Origin: Scenedesmus sp. PABB004
Taxonomy: Eukaryota
Length of the DNA: 64,000 nucleotides
Reading direction: 5' to 3'
NCBI GenBank assembly: GCA_014905635.1
Contig: JABVCE010000005.1
Location: 992,001-1,056,000 of the forward strand
Each line of letters opens with the position of its first letter. The first letter of the stretch is position 1. This document shows positions 1 through 20,581 of the stretch, one piece after another. The notes under the pieces are model-generated. The model searched no databases, was not told the DNA's origin, and was given only the letters and a program-made list of their open reading frames with translations. A program made the translations under genes and the position numbers.

Positions 1-2568
1 GCGGTGAGCGGCAGCCAGCCAGCCACGCGCACGCGCCGACCGCCCCTGCCCGCCCTGCCCGCCCTGCCCGGCTGCCTGCCCCAGAGCTGCCCGCGGACGC
101 CGACTGGGGCTGCGCCGCCCTGCGCGAGCTGACTCTGAACGCGCCCAGGCTGCGCGAGCTGCCCGAGGGCATGCTGGAGCGGCTGGCCAAGCTGCGCAGC
201 CTGCAGCTGATCGAGTGCGGCCAGCTGCAGGGCCTGCCTGAAAGCCTGGGCGCCTGCACCGCGCTGGAGCGGCTGGACCTGCACTTTGCAAGTTATGGCT
301 ACCGCCCCGCCGGCTTCCGGGGCCTGCCGTCCAGCGTCACGCGCCTCGGCGCGCTCCAAGAGCTCAGCGTGCGCGGCGGCACCGGCCCCGCGCTGCTGCC
401 GGCCGACTTTGGCGCCGCCGGCGGGCTGGGCGCGCTCACGCGCCTGGCCGTGGAGGGCAGCGGGGTGGTGTCCCTCCCGGCGGACCTGTCGGGGCTGGTG
501 TCGCTTCGGAGTCTCGTCGTGAAGGAGTGCAGAGCCCTTGCCCACGCGGCGGGGCTGTCCACGCTCACCGCCGTCACAGAGCTGTACATCCACGAGTCCT
601 CCCAGCTCCGCTCCCAAGTCGACACGCGCGCGATGGCAGACCTGCAGCTGCTCACCATCAGCAACTCGCCAAATCTGCCGGCGCTGCCGCCGGGCGCGCT
701 GGCGGGCAAGCCCCAGCTGTCGTCTGTCTTCGTCCAGGCCGCCGGCGCCTGCCTGGACAGCCTGGGGGCCGACGCTTGGAGCGCGGGCGGCGCGCTCACC
801 AGCCTGTGAGCGCGCGACCAGGCGGGGCGCGCGCTCCATGCCCCGCACGCGCCTGCCGGGGTGGGCGCGGCGGCGCTGCTCGCTCCCTCACGGTCGCCGC
901 TGCTGCCGCCGCCGCCGTCACTCCAGGTACCTGCACGGCGGCAACGCCCCCGAACACTACTGGCTTTACCGTGTGCAGGGGCGGCCGACCAAGCTGGCCC
1001 AGCTGCCGGCGGCCGCGGCGCCGCTCACGGCGCTGGTGTCGCTGGAGCTGTGCGCGTTCAGCGGCCTGCAGTCCCTGGACGGCCTGGGGCTCGGGCCACA
1101 CTGCGGCGCGCTCACGTCGATTGCCATCAGGGTGCGGCGCTCGCGGGCTGGCGCCGGGCGGAGCAGCCCGCCTCCGCCCCTTGGCTGCGTTGCGCGGGCC
1201 GCCTGCCGCCCGCGCCCACTGCGCCCGACGCACCCGCTGCGCTGTGCTGCCCTCCCGCAGAACTGCCAGGCGCTCACGCACCTGCCGGCGGGCGTCGGCC
1301 AGCTGCCGCGCCTGGTCAGCCTGGTCGTGGACAGCTGCGCCATCAACGGGCTGCCCGACCTCCACCAGCTCGGCGCGCTCACGCTCCTGGAGCTCTCCAA
1401 CTGCCAGAAGATTGAGGCACTGCCCCACCTCGGCGGCGGCTTCTGCGACGGCCTCACCGCGCTGCGCGAGCTCACCATCGACGACTGCCGCCGGCTGCGC
1501 ACCATCTCGGGTCTCGGCGCCGCGACAGCGCTGCGCGTCCTCAAGCTCTCCCGCCTGACCAAGCTGCAGGGCGTGTACGGCAACTGCGACCAGGTGCCAT
1601 GCGTGTCCTTGGAGCTGACCAAGCGCGTCCTGGTGCTGCCCAACGCCCTGCGCGCGCTCCTGCCCCAGACAGAGCGCTGGGCGGAGTGCGTCGAGATGGA
1701 GGAGCCCCCAGCCAGCGAGGCGCCCGCGCCACCGCCGTCGGAGCCCGTGCCTGACGTGGACGATGAGGACGTGCCGGGGCGCGGCCCCACGCGTGAGCGG
1801 CGGCGGGGGCCGGCGGCTCGCGAGCGCCGGCGCGGCGGCGGCGGCGGCGGCGCTCGCAGCGCTGAGAGCTAGCGGCTCCGCGGCCGCCCGCCGGGCCGCG
1901 CTGCCGCCCACTGACCCGGCTGCGGCCGCGCGCGGCGCCGCGCAGGGCGTGCGTACCCGCTGAAGGTGCTGCGCCGCAAGGACGACGCTGACGAGCTGAG
2001 CGACGCCGCGTGGGAGGAGCTGGTGGAGTCTGGCTTTGAGGACCGCACGCCGCAGGCGGTGGTGGACCACGTCTCTCAGAAGCCCGCCAGCGGCAACGGC
2101 GCGGACGAGTGGCACGTGCTGGTCAAGTGGCGGGTGCGGCTGCCGCGCGGGGCTGGGCGCATGCCGCTGCAGGATCGGCCGGCCGCGCGCGCGGCGGCAG
2201 CGCCCGCTGCGTGGCCGCCCGCGGGCCAGGCGCGAGGGGGGCTCAACGCCCGCACCGCCCGCCCGCCGCCCCGCGCGCAGGGCTTTGCGGTCAACCCGAC
2301 GCGCGACTGGCTGCCGCTGGAGGTGCTGCTGCGCCGGTCGGAGCGCGTGTGGGAGAGCTGGGTGAGCCGCACCAAGCCCCCCTACTTCACCGCGGTCAGC
2401 CTGGAGAGGGCCGAGGCAGAGTTCAAGGCGCACCGGGAGCGAGAGGCCGCCGCCGCCACGCAGGCGGCACCCGCGGCGCAGCTGGCGGCGGGCGGGCGCG
2501 GCGGCCGGGGCGGGCGCGGCCGAGGCGGGCGCGGGCGGGGTCGCGGGGCGCGGCGCAGCGGCGCGTGA
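1..2568 (+). CDS. LRR protein with C-terminal chromodomain-like domain and RGG tail (5'-truncated by window edge; paralogue of 38339-42038)
   Basis: Exons encode LxxLxxLxLxxCxxLxxLP repeats (LRSLQLIECGQLQGLPESLGACTALERLDL). Spliced C-terminus VVDHVSQK...WHVLVKWR|GFAVNPTRDWLPLEVL, then GGRGGRGGRGRGG. GT-AG introns; stop TGA ends at 2568. Confidence 0.8.
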
Positions 2569-2994
2569 GCTGCGGGGCTGCGGCACGAGGCGGTGTTCAG
2601 GTCATGGCTGGGATCGCAGCTTGCAGCGTGCAGGCGTCGGTGTCGCGCCGCCGTACCGGCCCAGCAGGCTGTCGGCCGCCTCTCGCCGCGCGTGCAACGT
2701 TTAGTTGAGCTGTCCGCTGCCGTTTGCCAGCATGCGCCTGCGCTCGCTTGCCGTGCGCAGCATCAAGGTGTGCTGCGAGTCGGCAGCCGGGGCAGCAAAC
2801 GGCCCAGTCCCGAGTTGCACACTTGGTCAGGCAGCCGCCAGACCGGGCCCACGCCGCCCGCGCGCCGCCCGCGCGTAAAGGAAGCCGCCTGCCCCGCGCA
2901 TGCGCATGTCACACACCATGGTCGTTGGTCAGAGCACGCAAGCTGCCGTCACAGAGTCCTCGCAAAAGAACCAGAGTTGTCAACACAGAGCTCT

Positions 2995-3020
2995 GTCAGC
3001 TCATCTCGAGATGAGCTGAC
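2995..3020. other. Perfect 26-bp palindrome between convergent genes
   Basis: GTCAGCTCATCTCGAGATGAGCTGAC is its own reverse complement; an overlapping 12-bp palindrome ACAGAGCTCTGT lies at 2985-2996. Confidence 0.9.
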
Positions 3021-3100
3021 GGTGGCACCAGCCCTCGCCCGCGCCTAGCCCGCCGATGAATTGGGATCAAACAACACGGAGCAGCTAGCTGCCGGCGCCG

Positions 3101-4964
3101 CTACGGCGCGAGGCTGCGCTTGTACGCGTCCGCCTTGCCCACGTAGCTGAACTCCCAGACCATGCGGTGCGTGTAGGTCTGGCCCGGGCGGAGGATGGGG
3201 CTGGGGAAGGCGGGCGTGTTGATGGCGTTGGGGAAGGCCTGCGACTCGAGGCAGAAGCCGGCGTGCTGGGGGTACGCGCCGCCGCTCTTCGCCGGCCCTG
3301 CCTGCCCCGTCACATAGTTGCCGGTCAGGTAGTTGCCAGTGTAGACCTGCAGAGCGGCAAGCGGGGGCGATGAAGGGCCATGGTACACCTATATGCACGC
3401 CGAGCGTGCTAGCGCGGTCGAGGCGAGCGCGCGCCGAGACCAGAGCGCGTGCGCACGCCCAGGCGGCACCCGCGCGCCGCCGCCGCTGCCGCGCCGCGCG
3501 CGCACCTGCAGCCCCGGCGCGTCCGTGCGCAGCGTGATCGTGCGGCCGCTCTCGGGGTCGGTCACGCGCGCGGCGGCCGTGAGCGGCGCGGCCGCGTTGG
3601 CGGGGTCGGTCTGCGGGTTGACGCCGGGCAGCCACCACACCGGCCACTGCCCCGTGCCGCCGAGCACGCGCGCGCCCGTCGGCGCGGGGCGGGGGCGCGG
3701 GACCACAAAGTTGGTGTCCAGACCCTTGTAGTCGCCGCCGTTGGTGACAGGGATGACCGGCGCAAGCAGGCGCGGCGCGGTGAGGTCGTACGGCGTGCCC
3801 TTGACGGGCGAGGTCTGGCCCGTGGGCACGCCGGCGCCCTCGGGCGAGGGCGTGAAGAACTCGGACGCGAGCTCCGTCACGTGGTCCAGCACCGTGCCGA
3901 CGCCGGCGCCCTTGAGGTTCTGCGCGCGCGGGCGGGCACGGGCGGGCGGGCACGGCGGCGGGCGCGTCGGCGCCGGGCCCGCCGGGCGGGGCCCGCCGCG
4001 GGGCGCGCCGCGCGCGCGCGGCCTGCGGGGCGCCCGGGCCGCGCAGCAGCAGCGCTGCTGGTAGCGCTGAGCTCACAAAGTAGGTGTGCTGCACCAGGTT
4101 GATGGGCGTCGCCTTGGTGGTGGTCGCGGTCATCGTCACGGACACCTCGCTGCGCGCCGCGGCAAGGAAGTAGGTCACCGTTGCCGTGACCGCGCCCGGG
4201 AAGCTGCGGGGGGCGGGCAGGGGAGGGATGGGGGGAGGGGGCGGAGGGGAGGCAAGGGGCGTCGGCGCGGCAGCAAGAGGCGGCGGCGGCGGGCGCAGCC
4301 GCCGAGGGCGCGCCGCCCCTGCGCGCCGCCGGCAGGGGCCAGCCGGGCGGCGCGGCGCGCTCACCCCGACTCGCCGTCCTTGGAGACGTGGGTGAACACC
4401 AGCGCGTCGCCGTCGGGACGCGACTCGCTGCGGTGCGCCCAGAGCGCCTTGCTGAAGCGCACCGCGCCGCCGTGGATGCTGGAGGTGCCCTCGTTGGCGA
4501 GCAGGCGGTGCGTCTGGCCGTCGAGCGTGAAGGTGGCTTTGGATATGCGGTTGGCAACCTGCGCGGCGCGCGCGGGGGCCGGGCGTGGGCGGGGCGGCGT
4601 GCGTGAGCAGCCCGCCGGGGTGCGACCAGGCGGAACCAGGCGGCGGCACCCCGCCGGCGCCCAGCGGCCTGCGCGCCCTCACCCGGCCGACGATGGCGCC
4701 GAAGGAGGGGTGCGGGTCGCGCGTGTAGTCGCTGAGGTTGGCGTAGCCGAGCACCACGTCGACGGCGGGGCCCTTGGTACCGGGGCGCGGCGGCACGTCG
4801 ATCCCCAGCACGGTCGCCCCGATGGGGCTCAGCCGCACGCGCATGCCCAGCTTGTTGGATAGCGTCAGCACGGGAGGCTGGTCCGCTGCTGCCGCGCTGG
4901 CCAGCAGCAGCGCCGCCAGGAGCGGCGCCGCGGCCAGACGCGCGGTGAGACTGTGGCGGCGCAT
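3101..4964 (-). CDS. Aldose 1-epimerase (galactose mutarotase) with predicted signal peptide
   Basis: Motifs DVVLGY, FGAIVGR|VANRI, IHGG, TPINLVQHTYF|NL, TDAPGLQ|VYTGNYL, GFCLESQAFPNAIN, LRPGQTY. Hydrophobic N-terminus MRRHSLTARLAAAPLLAALLLASAAAA. Confidence 0.93.
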
Positions 4965-5394
4965 GGCGTCGCGCGCGAGCGGGTTGTGGACGCAGACGGA
5001 GCGTGGATCTGGGGGGCGCGCGGCTGTGGGCTTGTTAAGCGGCGGGCCAGGGTTGTTCTTCTGCAAGAGTTCTTCCCTGGTCACACGTTCGTCGCCCGGC
5101 CGACCTGCCGACCGGAAGTTCACCTCCCTCGCCGCGCGGCGAGCGCTCGCGCAGCTGCTGGGCGGCGAATGCACGCGCCGGCGTGGCCGCCGGCAGGAGC
5201 GAGCGGCGCCGCCCGCGACTGCGCCCTGCGCGGCGCGGTGGCCCAGGCAACTCCGCCGTTTCAACCAGCACACAACGTCAGGCACAGCCCCCGGACGACG
5301 AGCCGCGCGCCAACTCCGCCTCGCCCGCGCGTGCCCCGCGCGGCCGAGCCGCCCCTCAGTCCGCAGTCCGCAGTCCGCATCACTCGCACCCGCC

Positions 5395-7537
5395 TCACGG
5401 CGACTCGCGCGCCGCCGCTGCCGCCGCCGCCAGCGCGCGGCACACCGGCTTGTGCGCGCGCCACGCAGCCCTCTGGCAATCCAGGCTGCAGAAGCGCGCA
5501 GGCGCCGCCGACTTGATGCACCCCACGCACGTGCGGCCGCGCACGGCCGACAGCTCGCTGTGCGCGCCGGACAGCGCCACGCAGCACGGGTTGTTGCAGC
5601 ACGCGCGCAGCGGCAGCGCGGTGCACACCGCGCTGCACAGCTCCTCCGCCTGCATAACCAGCGCGGCGCCGCGCTCCTGCGCCGCAGCGAGGGCGGCCGC
5701 GCCGTCGGCCACGGCAGCGTCCAGCCGCGCGGCCAGCTCCGCCCACGCCGTGTGCAGCTGCTCCTGCTGCACCAGCAGGCGCTCCAGGCCCGCACGCGAG
5801 GCGTCCGCCGGCAGCGACCCCAGCGTGCGCAGGCGCGCCCCCAGCAGCGCCACCGCGTCGCGCAGGTTCGCCACCATGGGGGCAGTAGCCAGCAGCAGCA
5901 CCCTCTGCACACCAGACACACCCTGCAGCGCCGCCAGCGCCTGGCCCAGCACCTGTGCCTGCACTGCCAGGCCACGTGCGGCCAGCACCGCCCACAGCGC
6001 GGGCGGCTCGTACGAGAGCTGGCCGCCGCCTGCCGCCACGGCTGCCGGCTGCGCGCGCGCCACCGCATCGCCGACAGCACAGCCGGCGCGCACCACCGCC
6101 AGGCATTCGTCCGCGAGCACCTGCAGCTCCTCAATCGACTGAAGCGGGCTGGCCTCAGCCGCTGCAAGCGGGGCGCCAACCGCCGCACATTTGAGCGCCG
6201 TGAGCAGGCAGGCAAACACCTCGCGCTGCAGCAGCAGGCCCGTGCCGCCGTGGGCCGTCGCCAGCGCCGGCGCGGCTGCCAGGCTGGGGCCGAGCCTGCA
6301 GACCGCGTCACACAGCGTCTGCGCTGCGTCCAGGGCGTCTTCTGGGCTGCCACTGCCTGCCCAGTCTCTGGCTGACGCCTCCAGCAGCCGGCACAGCGTG
6401 GACGGGTCCTGCCGCGCAAACTCGGCCAGCACCGCGTCGGCTGCGCGGCGGCGGCAGTGCAAGTGGTGGCGGAGGCAGCGTGATTGAGCGCGTGAGAAGG
6501 CAGGCCGCGAGTGCGCGCGCTCAGCCGCCAGACTTAAGCTGCCGCCGGCGTGCCGCGCACCCTCCGCTCCAAAGCTCAGCGTCAGGACTTGGCCACAGCC
6601 CGTCAGACAGCTCAAAGCATTTTGTCGCCGGGCAGCCGCCACGTCGCCCACGAGCACTGCACGCGCCGGCACCTCCATGAGGGGCGCATCGCCCGCCTCT
6701 GGCTCCAGCAGCGCGGCGGCGGGCCGGGCGAGCGGCAGGAACGCGCGCACCACCGCCGCCGCCGCCGCCTCCGCCGCCTGATCGCCCTGCGCCCCACTCT
6801 CAGAGGCTCGCGATAGGCAGCGCATGGCAGCGCCAGCGCACACAACGCCAGTCCCCACCGCGCCTGGCGTTGACTGCAGCGCAGCCAGCTCCAGCGCCGT
6901 TTCCGCCGCTGCGGCCGCCAGCCACGCGCCGTCGACCGCTGGCTGGAAGAGATCAGACAGGCAGGAAACTGCAGAGATGCTGGACATCACCAGCGCCTCG
7001 TTGTGCTTGCCCGGTGGCACCGCGCCGGCGTCCAGCGCCAGCGCGCGCAGCAGCGTGGCGTGCCGCGCCGGCATGACGGGCCCGCCACCGCTGCCGGAGC
7101 CGGCGCGGCCGTCGGCGGCAGCCGGCCGGCCGTGCTGCACCGCGTGCCGGTGCGCCGCGCGCAGCGCGACCTCCGCCAGCAGCAGCTGCTGCACCGCGCC
7201 GTCTGACAGCAGAGCGCTCGGTGCCGACTCGGCCACGCGGCCACAGTGGCGGGCTGCCATGACACTCTGGACTGCCGACCAGGCCTCGACGCGCGCCTGG
7301 CCAAGCGCCAACGCCACATCAAACACCGGGGAGCTGCCGCCGTCCGCGCGCCAGAGGCCGGCGCTGCGGAGCACGGCGATCGCCAGCCGCGCGGCCGGCT
7401 GCGCCAGCTGCAGCAGTGGGCCCTCCAGTTGGCCGTCAGGCGGCCAGCCGGCGCGCGCGGCGCGTATCGCCAGCAGCAGTGCAGGCGCTGCCGCGCTCGT
7501 TGCCGTCAGCTCAGCGCTGGGCCCCTGCCGCCGCCGC

Positions 7538-7586
<49 letters not shown>

Positions 7587-7990
7587 GCTCTGCGGCGAGG
7601 GCGGCGCACGCCGCGGCCAGCGGTGGCAGCACGCCTGCGGGGCGGGCGCAGCGGCCGCCACGTGTCAGTCAGGGGTGGGCACAGCTCGCTTGGGGCGCGG
7701 ACCGCCGCCAGCTCGCGGCGCCGCTCACCCGCGCGCTCCACCTCGGCCGCAAGCTCGGCCTTTGGCGCGCCAAAGGCGGCGCGGATGCCAAAGCTGTTCT
7801 GAATCACGTGGCACAGGCCGACCAGCGCCGTGCTGAAGCCCTCGCTGCCCGCCGCCGGGCGCGTCGCCGGCGCCGCCGCGAGCTCAAGCGCGCGGGCCAC
7901 GGCCTGCGCCGCTGCTGGACGCCGGCGGCACTGCTCGCGCGCGCGCAGCGACCCAGCCAGCCCGCCAGGACCGCGGTCTCAGGCCACATG
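5395..7990 (-). CDS. Ala-rich protein with C-terminal MYND-type zinc finger (5' end uncertain)
   Basis: Last exon ends CCNNPCC...CVGC...[19 protein letters not shown], a typical chlorophyte MYND finger; polyQ tract; start codon not resolved. Confidence 0.75.
7540..7587 (-). repeat. (CAG)n tract encoding polyglutamine
   Basis: Run of TGC repeats on + strand, read as polyQ in the MYND gene frame. Confidence 0.85.
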
Positions 7991-8415
7991 CTGGCACGAG
8001 CTCGGCCCGACGGGGGGTGGGGCGGCCGCGGCGGTGGGGCGCGCGCCTCGCGCCTCTGCCGCTGCTGCTGCCGCCGCCGCCGCTGCTGCCGCTGCCCGGG
8101 CCGGCCGGGCTGCCCTGGGGGTGCGGGGGTGCCCAGGCCGACTCGCACGGGCCACGCCGACAAGCGAGCTGTGGTGGCGGCTGCAGCGCGTCGCGACGAC
8201 CTGTCCAGCTGCTCGCCGCCCGCCCGCCGAGCTGCCTGAAGGCGCGTGAGCTCCGGCGCGCAGCCTGGCGTGGCGTGCTCGTCAGTGTCCCACTTCAAGT
8301 GCGCTCGGGCCTCCGCTCTCTCGTCGCAGGCGAGCGACAGGCGAGCAGCACCGGAAGGACAGCACGCCGCCGGCGCGCCTCCATGCGGCGGCACGCCCCA
8401 GCCGCTCGGCCGGCG

Positions 8416-10157
8416 ATGCGGCGAGGCGTTGGCCTGGCCCTCGCGGCGCTGCTGGCGTGCGCGGCGACGGCGGCGGCGACGGCAGCGGCGGACGACTTTG
8501 GCGCGCAGCTGGTGGAGGAGGCCGTCGACCTCGCGGCGGCGCACGGCGAGCAGCAGGCGCCGGACGCGCGTGAGCTGGAGAGCATGCTGCACTGGGCCAT
8601 CGAACACAGCGACCCGGACGCGCTGCGCGAGCGGGCAGAGGCGGCGCAGCGCGACGGCGCGGTGGCAGACCTGGCGGAGCGCAAGCGCCGCGCCGCCGAG
8701 GTGCGCCCGCCGGGGGCGGGCGTCGCCGCCGCGGGGGGCTCGCCGCTGACGCCGACGCCGCCGCCACCGACGCACGGCCGCTGCTGACGCCGCCGCCGCC
8801 GCGTGCCGCAGCTGACTGACATCGTTTCGCAGCAGCCGACTGAGGCGCAGCTGATGATTGTGCGTGGGGCCAGCGGGGCAGCGGGGCAACGCCTCGCAGC
8901 AGGCGCCGCGCGCGCCGGGGGCCCGCGCGACGGCGCCGCCGCCGCTCCGCGCCGCAGGACCACATCGCGCTGCTGGGCGACGCCGCGGCGAGCGCCGCGG
9001 CCAAGGCGGCGGCGCTCGCGGAGCTGCAGGAGCTGGTGGAGCCGATCGACAACGCCAACGGTGCGCACGGCGGGGCAGTGGACGGGGCGGGGGCGCCGGG
9101 CGCCCCAGGGCGGCGCAGCGGGGCGCGCCGCGCACCGCCCCGCCTCACGCCGCCCCGCCGCGCGCCCGCGCCGGGGCAGACCTGCGCGTGCTGGGCGGGC
9201 TGCGGCCGCTCGTCGCGCTGCTCGCGGAGGGCCAGCCGGCCGCGCTGCGCGAGGGCGCGGCGTACGTGCTCGGCACCGCGGCGTCCAACAACGATCGCCT
9301 GGTCGAAGCGCTCGTCGCGCAGCACCCCGACCTGCTGGACCTGCTGCTGCAGGCGCGCGGCGCGCGGCGGGCTCGCGGCGCGGCGCGCCGGCCGGCGGCG
9401 GGCGGCGGGCGGCCTCGCGGCGCGGCGCCCACGCGCGGCGCCGCCGCTGCCGCGCAGGCCGCGGCCGGCCCCGGCGACGGCCAGGCCGCCAAGGCGATGT
9501 TCGCGCTGGGCGCCGTCGTGCGCAGCCCCGTGCCCGCCGCGCGGGCCGCGTTCTACGGCCCCGCGCGCGGCCTGGCGCGCCTCAGCGCCCTCCTGCGCCC
9601 GCGCGCGGCCACGCCCCAACGGTGCGGCCGCGCGCGCGCGCGCGCGCGCACGCCGCCGCCGCGCGACCGGTCGCCCCGCAGGGCCGCCGCTGCGACCCGG
9701 CGCGCGCGCCGCCCGCCATCCGCCGCCGCGCGCCGCGCTGCCGTGCAGGGCGCGGGCCAAGGCGGTCGCGCTGCTGGCCGACCTGATCGAGATGACCGCC
9801 AACGGCGACGACGACAGCGTGGACGCGTGGGGCGCGGACGACATGGCGGCCTTTGCCGCCGCCGCGCTGCAGCTCGCGGGGTCGGGGAAGAGCCTCGCCG
9901 GCCGGGAGCAGGCGCTGCTCGCGCTGCGCACGCTGCTGCTGCGCCGCGGCGCCGCGGGGCGCGCTGCGCTCGAGGACGAGGGCGCCGAGCCGGTGCTGCG
10001 CGAGGTGCTGACCGAGCTCGACCTGCAGGCCGAGGCGCTCGGCGGCGAGGGCGGCGACGGCGGCGGCGAGGGCGACGGGCGCGCGTTCGCGGCGTACGTC
10101 GGCTCCCTCGCCGCCGACGTGCTGCACCGGCTGAGCATCGCCCACGCCGAGCTTTGA
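8416..10157 (+). CDS. Hsp70 nucleotide exchange factor, Fes1/SIL1/HspBP1 family, ER-type
   Basis: Signal peptide MRRGVGLALAALLACAA; MLHWAIEHSDP; LQELVEPIDNAN|DL; AAYVLGTAASNN; AKAMFALGAVVR; ARM repeats; C-terminal HAEL*. Confidence 0.88.
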
Positions 10158-10845
10158 ACGCACCGCCGTGCTTTGAACGCACCGCCACATGAACCCAGGG
10201 TGCAGCGCGCCCCAAACCGCCCGCGGCCCGCGCAGCGCGCGGGCGCAGCGGGGCGAGGCCCACCAGCCCCCAGACTCAGCGGCGGCAGCCCTCCCCGCGC
10301 ACCGGACGCGCCGATCGCGACAGCGCCCGCCTCACTGCTGACGCCAGCTCGCGCGCGCCGCGCCCACGCGCGCCCGCGTGGCGTGCACCCCGCACGTCGG
10401 ATCCGAGGCCCACGCCGCTCGCGCCGCGCGCCCACGCCGTGCGGCCCTGGGACACGCAGGGCGGAGGTCGCGGAGTGCGCACGCGGCAAGGTGCGTCGCG
10501 CGGCGCCCTGGGCGCCCTGGGCGACCGCTGCCCCCCCCCCCCCGGCTGGCGTCTCGTCCCCGCTGAGCGCCACGATGCGGCGCCGGCCCTCGGGGCGGCC
10601 TGGCGGCGCGGGGGCGCGCCCATCTCGGCCAGCTGCTGCCGACACCGTCCCTCGACCGGGCAGCGCGCGCCGCGGGAGCGCACCGGGCGCATCTGTCCCG
10701 GGCAGCGCCGCGCGACCGCTGCGCTCGCGGGCACTGCGCTTGCGCCGCCGCTCCGCTGACGCGCGCCGCTGCCGCGCGTCGCCGCTTCCGCCGCCCGCCC
10801 GCCCGCGCGCCACCGCCGCCCTGCCGCCGCCCCGCCCCTCCCCAG

Positions 10846-19202
<8,357 letters not shown>

Positions 19203-19831
19203 GCGCGGCGCGCGGCGCGGGACGCGCGCGAGGCGCGGGACGCGCGGGCGGGGCACGGGGCGCGGGGCGCGCGGGCAGGGCGCGGGGCGCAGCGCGGCCG
19301 GCCGGCCGCCGACCGCGGGCGAGGGGGCGGCGGGGCTCAGCCTTGTACAGCAGCGACAGCAGGGGGCGGCGCTTGGGGGCGGCAGCCGCGCCAGCGCCGT
19401 GCGGCAGGATGGCGGCGGGGGCGAGCGGGGGCGGTGCGCGCGCGTTTTGGAGCAGGGCAGCAACTGCGGCGGGCGGCGGTCATCCCTTGCGTGCCTCGTG
19501 TGACGGCGCGGCGGCCTGCGACACGGCTGGCGGTGTTTGCGGCGGACGTCTGCTGATAATGCATGCGCGTTTTGGCCGGTCCCGGACGGAGGGGATGGGT
19601 TCAGTCGCGGGGACCGCCTGCGTGCGACCCGGCGCGTGCGACGGCCGTCGCCTCCGCGGATAAAGATAAAGATAAAGATAGTTACACCACAGGCTCGCGC
19701 CCATTGGTCCCGCGCCCCTTAAGGACCGCGGGCGCGCGTGACGAGTGTTGCTGCTGACGCTTCGCACGGTAACGACGCGACGACGACGCCGAGCCGCTCG
19801 CCAAAAACACTCGCGCAGCAGGCGCAGCGCT

Positions 19832-20330
19832 GGTGAAACACGGTGGAAACACGGTGAAAGCACGGTGAAAACACGGTGAAAACACGGTGAAAACACGGTG
19901 CAAACACGGTGGAAACACGGTCAACATGAAACACGGTGAAAACTCGGTGGAAACACGGTCAACATGAAACACGGTGAAACACGGTGAAACACGGTGAAAC
20001 ACGGTGAAAACACGGTGAAAACACGGTCAACATGAAACACGGTGAAAACACGGTCAACATGAAACACGGTGAAAACACGGTGGAAACACGGTCAACATGA
20101 AACACGGTGAAACACGGTGAAACACGGTGAAACACGGTGAAAACACGGTGAAAACACGGTCAACATGAAACACGGTGAAAACACGGTGAAAACACGGTCA
20201 ACATGAAACACGGTGAAAACACGGTGAAAACACGGTGAAAACACGGTGAAAACACGGTGAAAACACGGTGAAAACACGGTGAAAACACGGTGAAAACACG
20301 GTCAACATGAAACACGGTGCAAACATGGTC
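19832..20330 (+). repeat. A-rich minisatellite of (A)AAACACGGTG units with AAACACGGTCAACATG variants
   Basis: Dozens of tandem 10-11-bp units with interspersed 16-17-bp variants; no unique spacers. Confidence 0.95.
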
Positions 20331-20581
20331 ACCGTACGGTAAAACGTATGGTGCACCGTGATGGTGACCGTACCACGGTCGCGCTGCGACCGCTGCTAAA
20401 ACACCGCGGTCAGCCCGCGCGCAGCAGCGGCCGCCCCAACCGCCGCAACCGCTGCTGCTGCCGGCAGTCGCCCGTGCCGCAGCCTGGCCGCCCGTCAGCG
20501 AGGTCGTAAGCTGCATTTCGAGCGCATCGAGTGGCGCCCCGGGGAGCAGCGGCGGCGGCGGCGGCGGCGCGGGCAGGAGCA

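Noticed and set aside
1945..2568. Chromovirus integrase remnant
   Set aside because: No RT, RNase H or integrase motifs and no LTRs; the chromo exons are intron-split and follow the LRR exons in both copies. A remote TE origin is not excluded.
19832..20330. CRISPR array
   Set aside because: Units are directly tandem with no unique spacers; no cas genes; eukaryotic context.
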